From NCBI GenBank assembly GCA_036400935.1, contig DASWWW010000001.1, positions 118,375 through 182,374 of the forward strand: a stretch of 64,000 bases of DNA. Reading direction: 5' to 3'. Shown one piece after another: positions 8,593 to 17,150 of the stretch (position 1 is the stretch's first letter; each line of letters opens with the position of its first letter). The notes beneath the pieces were generated by a model that saw nothing but the letters and a program-made list of their open reading frames with translations, did no database searches and was not told where the DNA came from. The position numbers and the translations under genes were made by a program. This DNA comes from Minisyncoccota bacterium. Lineage in GTDB: Bacteria; Patescibacteriota; Minisyncoccia; Phycocordibacterales; UBA6065.

Positions 8593-9219
8593 ATGAAGAA
8601 ATTCATCCTCGGCACGAAAAAGGCTATGACTCAGGTCTTCGACGCTGACGGTATCGCATATCCTGCGACCGTCCTGTCGGCAGGTCCTGTCGTCGTAACC
8701 CAGGTTAAGACGGTAGAGAATGACGGTTATGCTGCTCTTCAGGTAGGTTTCGGCCTCCAGAAGGAACAGCGCCTTACAAAGGCGGTAAAGGGCCACGTAA
8801 AGCAGCTCGGATTCTTCCGACACATCGCGGAGTTCTGCGTTGATGCGGCAGAGGTTGCAAAGGCAAAGGTAGGCGACAAGATCGACCTCAGCACTTTCGC
8901 TGCGGGCGACCTCGTTACTGTCCGATCGCAGGCAAAAGGAAAGGGCTTCCAGGGTGCCGTCAAGCGACATCACTTCGGTGGAGGACGCCGATCTCACGGT
9001 CAGAAGCACTCTGAGCGAGAAGTTGGTTCTATCAACGGCGGAGGCCGCGTAGGATCTGGACGCGTCGCAAAGGGCAAGCGAATGCCAGGACGCATGGGAA
9101 ATGACATGGTCACTGTAAAGAATCTCAAGGTTCTCCAGGTTCGCCCTGAGTCGAACGAGATCGTTATCCACGGATCCCTTCCTGGTCGAAAGGGCGTACT
9201 CGTATCTATCGTTGCGTAA
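8593..9219 (+). CDS. rplC: 50S ribosomal protein L3
   Basis: L3 homology runs the full length. Confidence 0.93.
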   Translation: MKKFILGTKKAMTQVFDADGIAYPATVLSAGPVVVTQVKTVENDGYAALQVGFGLQKEQRLTKAVKGHVKQLGFFRHIAEFCVDAAEVAKAKVGDKIDLSTFAAGDLVTVRSQAKGKGFQGAVKRHHFGGGRRSHGQKHSEREVGSINGGGRVGSGRVAKGKRMPGRMGNDMVTVKNLKVLQVRPESNEIVIHGSLPGRKGVLVSIVA

Positions 9220-9237
9220 TATTTTTATATCAAACAT

Positions 9238-9948
9238 ATGAAAACTGAAACCAAGACAAAGAAGGCGGTTAAGGCAACGAAGACAAATCTCGAGGCGACC
9301 ATCTACGACAAGGCAGGCAAGTCAGTAGGCACAGCGACCCTCGCTGAGTCAGCTTTCGGCCTCTCATGGAACGCCGACCTCGTTCACCAGGTCATGCTCT
9401 CGATGAACTCGACAGCTCGACAGCCTATCGCTCACACCAAGACTCGCGGAGAAGTTCGCGGAGGAGGCAAGAAGCCATGGCGACAGAAGGGAACAGGCCG
9501 CGCTCGACACGGATCTACCCGATCTCCATTGTGGGTCGGAGGAGGCGTGGCGCACGGACCTCGAAACGACAAGAACTACGATCGAAAGATCAACAAGGGC
9601 ATGAAGGCCAAGGCTTTCCTCACGCTTCTCTCAAAGAAGTGGCGAGACGGCGAGATCCTCTTCGTGGACTCTCTCTCGTTCAAGGCTCCAAAGACAGCTG
9701 ACGCTATGTCTGCTCTCTCAACCCTTTCAAAGGTAAAGGGCTTCGAGAAGCTTTCTACGAAGCGAAAGAACTCTGCTTTCATCGCATTGGCGAAGAAGGA
9801 CGTCGCTACCGAGAAGAGCTTCCGAAACATCGGATCCGTCACTATCGACGAGACTCGAAACCTCAACCTTCTCGACCTCTTGAAGTACACCTTCATCGTT
9901 ATCGAGAATCCGGTCGAATCAGTCAAAGTAATCGAAGCTAAACTCTAA
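9238..9948 (+). CDS. rplD: 50S ribosomal protein L4
   Basis: L4 motifs (GGGKKPWRQKGTGRAR) are present. Confidence 0.93.
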   Translation: MKTETKTKKAVKATKTNLEATIYDKAGKSVGTATLAESAFGLSWNADLVHQVMLSMNSTARQPIAHTKTRGEVRGGGKKPWRQKGTGRARHGSTRSPLWVGGGVAHGPRNDKNYDRKINKGMKAKAFLTLLSKKWRDGEILFVDSLSFKAPKTADAMSALSTLSKVKGFEKLSTKRKNSAFIALAKKDVATEKSFRNIGSVTIDETRNLNLLDLLKYTFIVIENPVESVKVIEAKL

Positions 9949-9952
9949 TTTT

Positions 9953-10435
9953 ATGGCGCTATTTGGACAAAAAACAAAGGTAAACGACTCTTCGGCTGAG
10001 AAGGCTCAGTCAACGAAGGATAAGTCTTCAAAGAAAGCACTTATCAAGAAGACTCCAGTAAAGGCAGAGAAGCTTCCTAAGGCTGAGAAGGTGGCAGAGG
10101 CAAAGACCAAGGAGAAGAACAAGTCGGAGAAGCGCGCTGAGGCCGCTGCCGGCGTATCGTTCCCTAAGGGTTCTGCAGTCATCAAGCCCCGCGTAACCGA
10201 GAAGTCAGGACTCCTTTCACAGAAGGGAATCTACACGTTCGACGTTCGCGTAGACGCTAACACCCGCCAGATCGCGGCCGCTATCGTCGCGGCTTACAAG
10301 GTGACCCCTGTAAAGGTCTCTATCGCTCCTGTTCCTGCAAAGGCCATGTTCGTCCGCGGCAAGTCAGGCTCGACTTCTGCAGGCAAGAAGGCCTACGTCT
10401 ACCTCAAGAAGGGCGACACTATCGAATTCATCTAA
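9953..10435 (+). CDS. rplW: 50S ribosomal protein L23 with a long Lys-rich N-terminal extension
   Basis: The C-terminal L23 core is present at the expected operon position. Confidence 0.88.
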   Translation: MALFGQKTKVNDSSAEKAQSTKDKSSKKALIKKTPVKAEKLPKAEKVAEAKTKEKNKSEKRAEAAAGVSFPKGSAVIKPRVTEKSGLLSQKGIYTFDVRVDANTRQIAAAIVAAYKVTPVKVSIAPVPAKAMFVRGKSGSTSAGKKAYVYLKKGDTIEFI

Positions 10436-10453
10436 TTTATAACCATTACCAAC

Positions 10454-11308
10454 ATGAAAACATATCGACCAACAAGCCCGGGACGACGCCAGATGCAGAC
10501 GGTCAACTTCAAGGAGTACATCACCAAGAAGGACCCGTTGAAGGCCCTCACCCGAGGACGAAAACGAGACGTAGGACGAAACTCTGCGGGACGCGTGACC
10601 GTACGACACAAGGGAGGCGGACACAAGAGGCTCTATCGAGAGATCTCGTTCATGTTCGACAAGAAGGACATCCCGGCGACGATCCAGTCTGTCGAGTACG
10701 ATCCTAACCGATCAGGATTCATCGGCCTCGTCGCGTATCGCGACGGCGAGCGACGCTACGTTCTCCTTCCAAAGGCGGCAAAGGTAGGCGGAACCATCAT
10801 CGCTGGCGCAACTGCTCCTATCGAGCCAGGAAACGCCCTTCCTTTGAAGAAGATCCCAGTAGGTACATTCATCTACAACATCGAGCTCAAGCCTAACTCA
10901 GGCGCAAAGGCGGCTCGAGCGGCGGGTATCTTCGCTCAGGTCATCGGTAACGACGCAAGCTACACCATGATCAAGATGCCATCGACCGAGGTCCGAAAGG
11001 TCCACGAGGAGGCATACGCTATGATTGGCCAGGTATCGAACGACGAGCACTGGTTGGTAAACTCAGGCAAGGCAGGACGCTCACGATGGCTCGGCATTCG
11101 ACCGACCGTCCGAGGTACAGCCCAGAACCCTGTAGATCATCCATACGGAGGAGGTGAAGGACGACAGGGACGAGGCCTTCGACGACTCAAGACCCGCTGG
11201 GGTAAGCCAGCAGGAAAGGGCCAGAAGACTCGAACCCCAAAGAAGTACTCGAACGTCTTCATCGTTTCTCGCCGAAAGGTCGGAAAGGACCGAAACTCGA
11301 TCCAGTAA
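10454..11308 (+). CDS. rplB: 50S ribosomal protein L2
   Basis: L2 motifs are present throughout. Confidence 0.95.
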   Translation: MKTYRPTSPGRRQMQTVNFKEYITKKDPLKALTRGRKRDVGRNSAGRVTVRHKGGGHKRLYREISFMFDKKDIPATIQSVEYDPNRSGFIGLVAYRDGERRYVLLPKAAKVGGTIIAGATAPIEPGNALPLKKIPVGTFIYNIELKPNSGAKAARAAGIFAQVIGNDASYTMIKMPSTEVRKVHEEAYAMIGQVSNDEHWLVNSGKAGRSRWLGIRPTVRGTAQNPVDHPYGGGEGRQGRGLRRLKTRWGKPAGKGQKTRTPKKYSNVFIVSRRKVGKDRNSIQ

Positions 11309-11321
11309 ATCTAAATTTTCT

Positions 11322-11357
11322 AAAGCAAAGCGCCCGAAAGGGCGTTTTTGCTTTGCC
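11322..11357 (+). terminator. rho-independent terminator after rplB
   Basis: The hairpin AAAGCAAAGCGCCCGAAAGGGCGTTTTTGCTTTGCC follows the stop. Confidence 0.7.
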
Positions 11358-11381
11358 TGAAAGCGGTGCTAGACTGTTCGC

Positions 11382-11912
11382 ATGGAAAACAATACACATC
11401 AGAACGCATTTACTCAGGCTAATCCGGCTTCAGCCCCGGCGTCAGTCGCTCCAGCTTCTGGCAAAAGCTCTTTCTGGAAGGGCGTAGCGGTCGGTGCGGT
11501 AGGCATAGTCGTGCTCATGATCCTCGTCTCTATCCTTGCGGCAGGCTTTGCCTACTCGAGGGTCCAGCCCGCCCTCAACAATGCCCAGATCAAGGGCAAT
11601 CTTGCGGCGGTGCGTGCCAATCTCTCCAATCTGCGTGCCGAGGCCGAGGTGTATTATGACCGCAATAACGGCTCGTACGCGGGAGTCTGCAGGAGCGACA
11701 ATTTCGATGCTACCCTTAATAGCATCGTGTCGCCGATCGCTCTCAACGGTGACGTTATGTGCGCCGCTAACGCCCAGGAATACATTGCCGCGGCGACCGT
11801 TCAGGATGTCGACGGCATAAGGATGGTCTGCGTGGACAGCACGGGCGCAGCGACCTCTAATTTTGGAAGGGCGAAGGACCATTTCGCGGCGGAAAAAATG
11901 ACCTGCAACTAG
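11382..11912 (+). CDS. N-terminally anchored pilin-like protein (a type IV pilin-like helix with a C-terminal Cys pair but no prepilin cleavage motif), inserted between rplB and def
   Basis: A long TM helix is followed by a pilin-like segment (AAVRANLSNLRAEAEVYYDRNNGSYAG) and C-terminal cysteines (MCAAN...MVCVD...MTCN). There is no G/FTLIE class III signal. Confidence 0.5.
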   Translation: MENNTHQNAFTQANPASAPASVAPASGKSSFWKGVAVGAVGIVVLMILVSILAAGFAYSRVQPALNNAQIKGNLAAVRANLSNLRAEAEVYYDRNNGSYAGVCRSDNFDATLNSIVSPIALNGDVMCAANAQEYIAAATVQDVDGIRMVCVDSTGAATSNFGRAKDHFAAEKMTCN

Positions 11913-11913
11913 C

Positions 11914-12474
11914 ATGAGCAAGCAGAAGCCGACACTCTTGCGCATCGCCGAAATAGGAAACCCGGTCCTTCGCGCTATCGCGGCCCCTGTCGCCGATCCG
12001 AAGGCTCCCGAGATCCAGCACCTGATCGACAGCATGATAGCGACGTGCGCCGAGCAGGGAGGTGTCGGCATGGCCGCACCTCAGGTGCATGAGTCATCCC
12101 GCCTGATGATCATCGCCTCTACGCCCACTCCGGCGTATCCGGACGCGCCGAAGGTAAAGCCCTTTGCCGTCATAAACCCGGAGCTTATCGCTTCGTCGAA
12201 AGAGACAGAGCTCGGCTGGGAAGGGTGCATGAGCGTGCCCAATATCCGCGGGCAGGTGGATCGCAACGTGTGGGTGAAGGTTAGCTATACCGACCGTGCG
12301 GGCAAAAAGACCCAAAAGCGCTTTACTGGCCTCATCGCTCGCATATTCCAGCACGAGCTCGATCATTTGAACGGCCTCTTCTTCCTCGATCGGGCGAATC
12401 CAAAGACGCTCGTATCGAATGCGGAGTTCCAGAAGATTATGGCTAAGGGTAAGAAACCTAAGAATAAGAAATAA
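11914..12474 (+). CDS. def: peptide deformylase
   Basis: The GVGMAAPQ, EGCMS and QHELDHLNG (HExxH) motifs are present. Confidence 0.92.
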   Translation: MSKQKPTLLRIAEIGNPVLRAIAAPVADPKAPEIQHLIDSMIATCAEQGGVGMAAPQVHESSRLMIIASTPTPAYPDAPKVKPFAVINPELIASSKETELGWEGCMSVPNIRGQVDRNVWVKVSYTDRAGKKTQKRFTGLIARIFQHELDHLNGLFFLDRANPKTLVSNAEFQKIMAKGKKPKNKK

Positions 12475-12476
12475 TC

Positions 12477-12902
12477 ATGAAATTCCTCCTCAATACCTCG
12501 GAAAAGATAGGGAACTTCGGCTTTTGGCGCATCCTTACCAATTTCTGGACGGTAGTGTTCTATATCGCCATCACGTACGATTTCTTTTCTCATAACGCCC
12601 TCGATGAGAATCACATAATCCTCGCGGTCGCTGGAATATACTGTGCGTCGCTCGCCATCTACAGCGCCGAGAAGGAATTCCGCCGCTGGCATCACATGCA
12701 TCAGACTATGCACCCGGGTGAGATGTACGCCTTGCTCTGGACGCTTTTCATAATCGCGCTCATCACCGCCCAGGTCACGACAGGCGTCGAATATCACATG
12801 CCGCCGGAAGTCAGCGCCTCGTACATCGCCGTGATCTCGATCTTGGCCCTCACGCGCGAGTCTAAGAACATGTATAAGAGGAAAGGAGGGAAGAGGAATT
12901 AA
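12477..12902 (+). CDS. small integral membrane protein (hypothetical, about 4 TM)
   Basis: It has hydrophobic segments, and its start overlaps the def stop (ATAATCATG). Confidence 0.5.
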   Translation: MKFLLNTSEKIGNFGFWRILTNFWTVVFYIAITYDFFSHNALDENHIILAVAGIYCASLAIYSAEKEFRRWHHMHQTMHPGEMYALLWTLFIIALITAQVTTGVEYHMPPEVSASYIAVISILALTRESKNMYKRKGGKRN

Positions 12903-12907
12903 AGATA

Positions 12908-12934
12908 CCCGCCTCGGCATTTTGCCTTGGCGGG
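12908..12934 (+). terminator. rho-independent terminator
   Basis: The hairpin is CCCGCCTCGGCATTTTGCCTTGGCGGG. Confidence 0.55.
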
Positions 12935-12943
12935 TAGGGTAAT

Positions 12944-12972
12944 TTGACATTTCACGCCCCTTCCGCTAGTAT
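12944..12972 (+). promoter_or_regulatory. sigma70-like promoter TTGACA-17-TAGTAT for the rpsS-rplE block, followed by a palindrome-rich leader (12980..13096)
   Basis: It has the same hexamers and spacing as the rpsZ promoter at 17151. The leader holds the palindromes CTAGATCGAATCTAG and AACCTAGGTT. Confidence 0.55.
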
Positions 12973-13096
12973 GTCCAAACCAGTTCGAAATAGGGTATCT
13001 AGATCGAATCTAGGCTTATAAACCTAGGTTTTTCATTTCTAGAGCTGTCACACCATGACACCCTAGCCGCTCGAGCTTATAATTTATTGTCTCTAA

Positions 13097-13450
13097 ATGA
13101 CACGATCACTCTCAAAAGGCCCTTACGTAGACGAACGCGTTCTCGCAAAGATCGCAGGAAAGAAGCCACAGGAAACTGGGGTTATTAAGACTTGGTCACG
13201 AGCATGCCACATCTCTCCTGAGATGGTCGGCTTTAAGTTCGGCGTACATAACGGCAAAGACTTCATCGAGGTATTGGTGGCAGAGGACATGGTGGGCCAC
13301 CGACTCGGTGAATTTTCTTTGACCCGAAAGTTCTCGAAGCACGGAGGAAAGATGCAGAAGGAGCTCGAGATGAAGAAGAAGGAGAGCGAGGTCGCGGCAG
13401 CTCAGGCGGCAAAGGGCGCGGCTACTGATAAGAAGGCAGCAGCAAAATAA
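13097..13450 (+). CDS. rpsS: 30S ribosomal protein S19 with a Lys/Ala-rich C-terminal extension
   Basis: The S19 core (GPYVDERVL...HNGK) is present. Confidence 0.93.
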   Translation: MTRSLSKGPYVDERVLAKIAGKKPQETGVIKTWSRACHISPEMVGFKFGVHNGKDFIEVLVAEDMVGHRLGEFSLTRKFSKHGGKMQKELEMKKKESEVAAAQAAKGAATDKKAAAK

Positions 13451-13459
13451 TCCAAATAT

Positions 13460-13822
13460 ATGGTTACCGCAACACTTTCAAACTATCGACAGGCTCCGCG
13501 CAAAGTGCGCCTCGTCGCGAATCTCATCAAGGGCAAGACCGTGCCTGCGGCTCTCAACATGCTTATGGTTACGACCAAGCGTGCTTCTGACCCATTGGTA
13601 AAGCTCCTCGAATCTGCAGTCGCCAACGCAAAGGACCGCGGCGTAGCAGTAGAGGGGCTTTTCGTTAAGGAGATCCGCGTAAACCAGGGTCTCGTCATGC
13701 GCCGCATGATGCCAGGAGCTCGCGGTACTGGATTCCCGATCCGAAAGAAGACCAGCCACGTCCACATTACCCTCGACACCAAGGCAGTAAAGGCACCAAA
13801 GGCTAAGAAGGCAACCAAATAA
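13460..13822 (+). CDS. rplV: 50S ribosomal protein L22
   Basis: L22 homology is present. Confidence 0.93.
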   Translation: MVTATLSNYRQAPRKVRLVANLIKGKTVPAALNMLMVTTKRASDPLVKLLESAVANAKDRGVAVEGLFVKEIRVNQGLVMRRMMPGARGTGFPIRKKTSHVHITLDTKAVKAPKAKKATK

Positions 13823-13826
13823 ATCT

Positions 13827-14507
13827 ATGTCACACACCGTACACCCATACGCTCATCGCCTCGGCATCATCAGGGACTGGAAGTCTCGATGGTTCGCTCC
13901 TCGCGGCAAGTACCAGGAATTCCTCAAGTCTGACGTCCTTTTGCGAGAGTACCTCTCGAAGAAGTTCCGCGGCATGTATGTCGCTGACGTGAACATCGAG
14001 CGAACGGAGAAGGCTATCCGCGTCATCATCGCTACATCCCGACCGGGCGTCATCATCGGCCGACAGGGAGAGGGCGCAATGAAGCTCAAGACCGACATTC
14101 TCGCTTTCATGCAGAAGAACGGCTCGAAGCTCCTCAAGAACCAGGAGCTCAAGATCGATATCGAGGAGATCCGCACTCCAGAGGCGAACGCAGCTATCGT
14201 GGCTTACATGATCGCTGAGGGCCTCGAGAAGCGCCTTCCGTTCCGCCGCGTCATGAAGCAGATGATCGAGAAGGTCATGGCTAACCGCGAGGTGAAGGGA
14301 ATCCGCATCTTTTTGGGCGGACGCCTCGGAGGCGCCGAGATGGCACGCGTAGAGGACATGAAGAAGGGCCAGATCCCTCTCCAGACTTTCCGCGCGAACA
14401 TCGACTACGCTCGAGAGAAGGCTCACATGACCTATGGAGACATCGGCATCAAGGTGTGGATCTATACCGGCGAAGTCTTCGATAAGAAGCCAGTAGCAAC
14501 CAAATAA
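13827..14507 (+). CDS. rpsC: 30S ribosomal protein S3
   Basis: The KH and S3-C domains are present. Confidence 0.93.
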   Translation: MSHTVHPYAHRLGIIRDWKSRWFAPRGKYQEFLKSDVLLREYLSKKFRGMYVADVNIERTEKAIRVIIATSRPGVIIGRQGEGAMKLKTDILAFMQKNGSKLLKNQELKIDIEEIRTPEANAAIVAYMIAEGLEKRLPFRRVMKQMIEKVMANREVKGIRIFLGGRLGGAEMARVEDMKKGQIPLQTFRANIDYAREKAHMTYGDIGIKVWIYTGEVFDKKPVATK

Positions 14508-14518
14508 TTTACACATAT

Positions 14519-14944
14519 ATGCTCGTCCCTAAAAAAGTAAAATACCGAAAGTGGCATGTGATGCGAAAGAATCCTTCGAAGGTAGGATTCGAGACTCGCG
14601 GCACGCTCCTCTCATTCGGATCATTCGGCCTCAAGGCAACGACAGCAGAGCGAATCCGCTCTGAGCAGATCGAGTCTGCCCGAAAGGTCATCTCTCGAGA
14701 GGTCGGCAAGAACGGCAAGATCTGGATCAGGATCTTCCCAGACATGCCTTACACCCAGAAGCCAGCCGAAGTAAAGCTCGGAAAGGGTAAGGGAGACCTC
14801 GCAGGATACTGCGCTCCGGTAAAGCCGGGCCGAGTACTGTTCGAAGTCGACGGCGTAGACGAGGCTGTCGCTCGAGAAGCTCTCCGAAAGGGCGCTACCA
14901 AGCTTCCTACGAAGTGCATCATCGTAACTCGCGAACTCCTCTAA
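14519..14944 (+). CDS. rplP: 50S ribosomal protein L16
   Basis: L16 homology (KYRKWHV...) is present. Confidence 0.93.
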   Translation: MLVPKKVKYRKWHVMRKNPSKVGFETRGTLLSFGSFGLKATTAERIRSEQIESARKVISREVGKNGKIWIRIFPDMPYTQKPAEVKLGKGKGDLAGYCAPVKPGRVLFEVDGVDEAVAREALRKGATKLPTKCIIVTRELL

Positions 14945-14955
14945 TCCACACATAT

Positions 14956-15252
14956 ATGTCTCTATTTACTAAGAAAACAAAAGAAAAGAAGGCGGTAGCG
15001 GCCAAGGCAGAGGTAAAGGTTACCGAGCCAAAGCAGCTCACGGGCATCGTCACATCTACCAAGATGAAGGACACCATCGTCGTCCGAGTGAACCGATTCG
15101 TAAAGCACGCAAAGTACGAGCGATTCGTGAAGATCTCGAAGAAGTACAAGGCTCACGACGCGGGCAACACCAAGAAGGAAGGCGAGACCGTTACCATCGT
15201 CGAGTGCGCTCCGATCTCAAAGGACAAGCACTTCAAGGTCCTTGCCGCATAA
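14956..15252 (+). CDS. rpsQ: 30S ribosomal protein S17 with an N-terminal extension; it follows rplP directly, with no rpmC in between
   Basis: The S17 core (GIVTSTKMKDTIVVRV...) is present. The ATG at 14956 is chosen over the ORF start at 14914, which overlaps rplP. Confidence 0.9.
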   Translation: MSLFTKKTKEKKAVAAKAEVKVTEPKQLTGIVTSTKMKDTIVVRVNRFVKHAKYERFVKISKKYKAHDAGNTKKEGETVTIVECAPISKDKHFKVLAA

Positions 15253-15273
15253 TAATTTTTAACAACAACTCCC

Positions 15274-15645
15274 ATGCTACAACCACGCTCAATAGTCCAG
15301 ATCGCCGACAACTCAGGCGCCAAAGTAGGCCGCATCTTCAAGGTGCTCGGATCTGCCGCAAAGCGCTATGCGTACATCGGAGACATCGTAGTGCTCTCGG
15401 TCCAGAAGGCGGAGCCTCGAAAGTCCGTTAAGAAGAAGGACGTCCTCCACGCGGTAGTCGTTCGCTCTCGAAACGCTACAAAGCGAGCTGACGGCTCATA
15501 CATCCGCTTCGACGAGAACGCGGTAGTTATCCTCGAAAAGACCAAGAAGGAGCCTCTCGCAGGACGCGTATTCGGTCCTATCCCACGCGAGCTCGCTGAA
15601 ATGGGCTTCCAGACTATCGCTTCTCGAGCTGCAGAAATCGTATAA
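15274..15645 (+). CDS. rplN: 50S ribosomal protein L14
   Basis: L14 homology (MLQPRS.V.IADNSGAK) is present. Confidence 0.95.
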   Translation: MLQPRSIVQIADNSGAKVGRIFKVLGSAAKRYAYIGDIVVLSVQKAEPRKSVKKKDVLHAVVVRSRNATKRADGSYIRFDENAVVILEKTKKEPLAGRVFGPIPRELAEMGFQTIASRAAEIV

Positions 15646-15662
15646 CCTTCATCACCAAATTT

Positions 15663-15881
15663 ATGCATATCAAAAAAGGAGATAAGGTAGTGGTACTCGC
15701 GGGAAAGGATAAGGGCGCGACAGGCGAAGTCCTCGCGGCTTTCCCAAAGGAGAACAAGGTCATCGTTTCAGGCGCTAACAAGTCCAAGCGACACCTCCGA
15801 CCTACGAAGCAGGGCGGAAAGGGCCAGGTGGTAGAGAAGGAGATGCCTCTTCACGCTTCGAACGTAGCTCTCAAGAAATAA
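15663..15881 (+). CDS. rplX: 50S ribosomal protein L24 (short form)
   Basis: The KOW motif (IKKGDKVVVLAGKDKG) is present. Confidence 0.9.
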   Translation: MHIKKGDKVVVLAGKDKGATGEVLAAFPKENKVIVSGANKSKRHLRPTKQGGKGQVVEKEMPLHASNVALKK

Positions 15882-15899
15882 TTCCCTTAACGCATTATT

Positions 15900-16448
15900 A
15901 TGAAAACTCTCAAAGAAAAGCAGGCAGACGCATACGAGGTGATGAAGAAGCAGTTCGGCTTCACCAACGCGATGCAGGCTCCAAAGATCCTCAAGGTTGT
16001 CGTCTCTGCGGGCGTCGGATCTTTCGGCGACAAGAAGAAGGTAGAACTCGCTGGCGACCGATTGATGAAGATCACCGGTCAGAAGGCTGTCCTTCGCGGC
16101 GCGAAGAAGTCTATCGCTTCGTACAAGAGCCGAGAAGGCGATCCTATGGGCTACCAGGTCACCCTCCGAGGCGCAAAGATGTGGCACTTCCTCGAGAAGC
16201 TCGTCAACATCGCTCTCCCTCGAACAAAGGACTTCCGCGGACTCCCATCTACATCGGCTGATGGAATGGGCGGATACTCTATCGGAATCAAGGAGACCTC
16301 TATTTTCCCTGAGTGCTCTGAAGAAGAGTTGAAGGACGTATTCGGCCTCGGCATTACTGTCGTAACGAACGTAAAGCCGAAGGATCAGACAAAGAAGTTC
16401 CTCGAGCTCCTCAATTTCCCGATCAAGAAGGTAGAAGCATCAAAATAA
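15900..16448 (+). CDS. rplE: 50S ribosomal protein L5
   Basis: L5 homology is present. Confidence 0.93.
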   Translation: MKTLKEKQADAYEVMKKQFGFTNAMQAPKILKVVVSAGVGSFGDKKKVELAGDRLMKITGQKAVLRGAKKSIASYKSREGDPMGYQVTLRGAKMWHFLEKLVNIALPRTKDFRGLPSTSADGMGGYSIGIKETSIFPECSEEELKDVFGLGITVVTNVKPKDQTKKFLELLNFPIKKVEASK

Positions 16449-16463
16449 ATCTCAAAAAGTAGA

Positions 16464-16492
16464 AAAAGCCACCTCGAACAGGTGGTTTTTTC
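16464..16492 (+). terminator. rho-independent terminator after rplE
   Basis: The hairpin is AAAAAGCCACCTCGAACAGGTGGTTTTTT. Confidence 0.75.
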
Positions 16493-16499
16493 TTGCCTA

Positions 16500-16527
16500 T
16501 TGACTATTTTATGATATGTGCTATAGT
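16500..16527 (+). promoter_or_regulatory. promoter TTGACT-16-TATAGT firing into the non-coding island
   Basis: A consensus-like hexamer pair sits immediately after the terminator, and no credible ORF lies downstream. Confidence 0.45.
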
Positions 16528-16534
16528 GCACAGG

Positions 16535-17145
16535 CCAGATTAGTGATGCGTAGATAGGTGCCGGACATTCGAGCCCGCCTGTCGAAATCAGCGAATCGGT
16601 ATTTGGACCTGTTATTGGGAATGTATATGGTCCAAATGCTAGCGTTCCCACACATCTAGTCAGACAGCCAATGATCGCTCGGAAGATGTGTTGCTCTTTG
16701 GAAGATGACGGATTAGCGAGTGATCTAGCGCATGAATAAGACCGGTTGCTTACACTTTGGGACCGGAACCCCACTTAGTCATGTTGAATCGTGATAGCGT
16801 TTGACGTCTTGGCTTCTCGGACGTCTGAAACGGCTTGAGGACAAAAAGATGGCTTCTTCTTCGCGAAAGCCTACTTGTCGCTGCGACGAGAATATACATT
16901 AGAGCGAAGTCTGCAGCTTCTGCAGATTTGCCCGAAAGGGCAGAAAGGGGGCGTGTCACCATGTGTGCCACGCTCTTTTACGTTATGGTACGACTTTACT
17001 TAGGTAAAAATTGATGAGGTGTTCATCCCTTCCTCCCTATATTTCGCCTGAATAGGGGCTCACGGAGGCCGGCGGGCCGAGCGTGAAGGCGTTCCGTCCA
17101 TCGGAACGACCTGGACCCTAGGCAGGCGAAATATAGGGAGGAAGT
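16535..17145 (+). ncRNA. candidate structured non-coding RNA or regulatory island between rplE and rpsZ, identity unknown
   Basis: About 600 nt have no protein-like ORF. A 22 bp perfect inverted repeat (CTTCCTCCCTATATTTCGCCTG at 17019..17040 and CAGGCGAAATATAGGGAGGAAG at 17123..17144) encloses a GC-rich structured loop. Further hairpins are present (GACGTC..GACGTC, CTGCAGCTTCTGCAG). It has its own upstream promoter. Confidence 0.3.
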
Positions 17146-17150
17146 GGGGT

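Noticed and set aside
13830-14516. 228 aa antisense ORF across rpsC; also 17905..18822 (-) across rplF/rplR, 27019..27990 (-) across the beta-CASP gene, 47072..47863 (-) across ftsH, 52403..53935 (+) across recG, 58118..59344 (-) across the ABC gene
   Set aside because: All are antisense to well-supported conserved genes. Their translations are compositionally biased (Arg/Asp/Leu-rich) and have no recognisable motifs.
16530-17150. RNase P RNA, SRP RNA, 6S RNA or a misplaced tmRNA in the rplE-rpsZ non-coding island
   Set aside because: I could not find the hallmark conserved blocks on either strand. These blocks include GGAAAGUCCGGGCUCC, AGGGUGAAA.GGUGCGGUAAGAGCGCACC and ACAGAACCCGGCUUA for RNase P, and the SRP domain IV GGAA/AGCAG motif. 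The genuine tmRNA is at 45858..46249. The element is left as an unclassified candidate.
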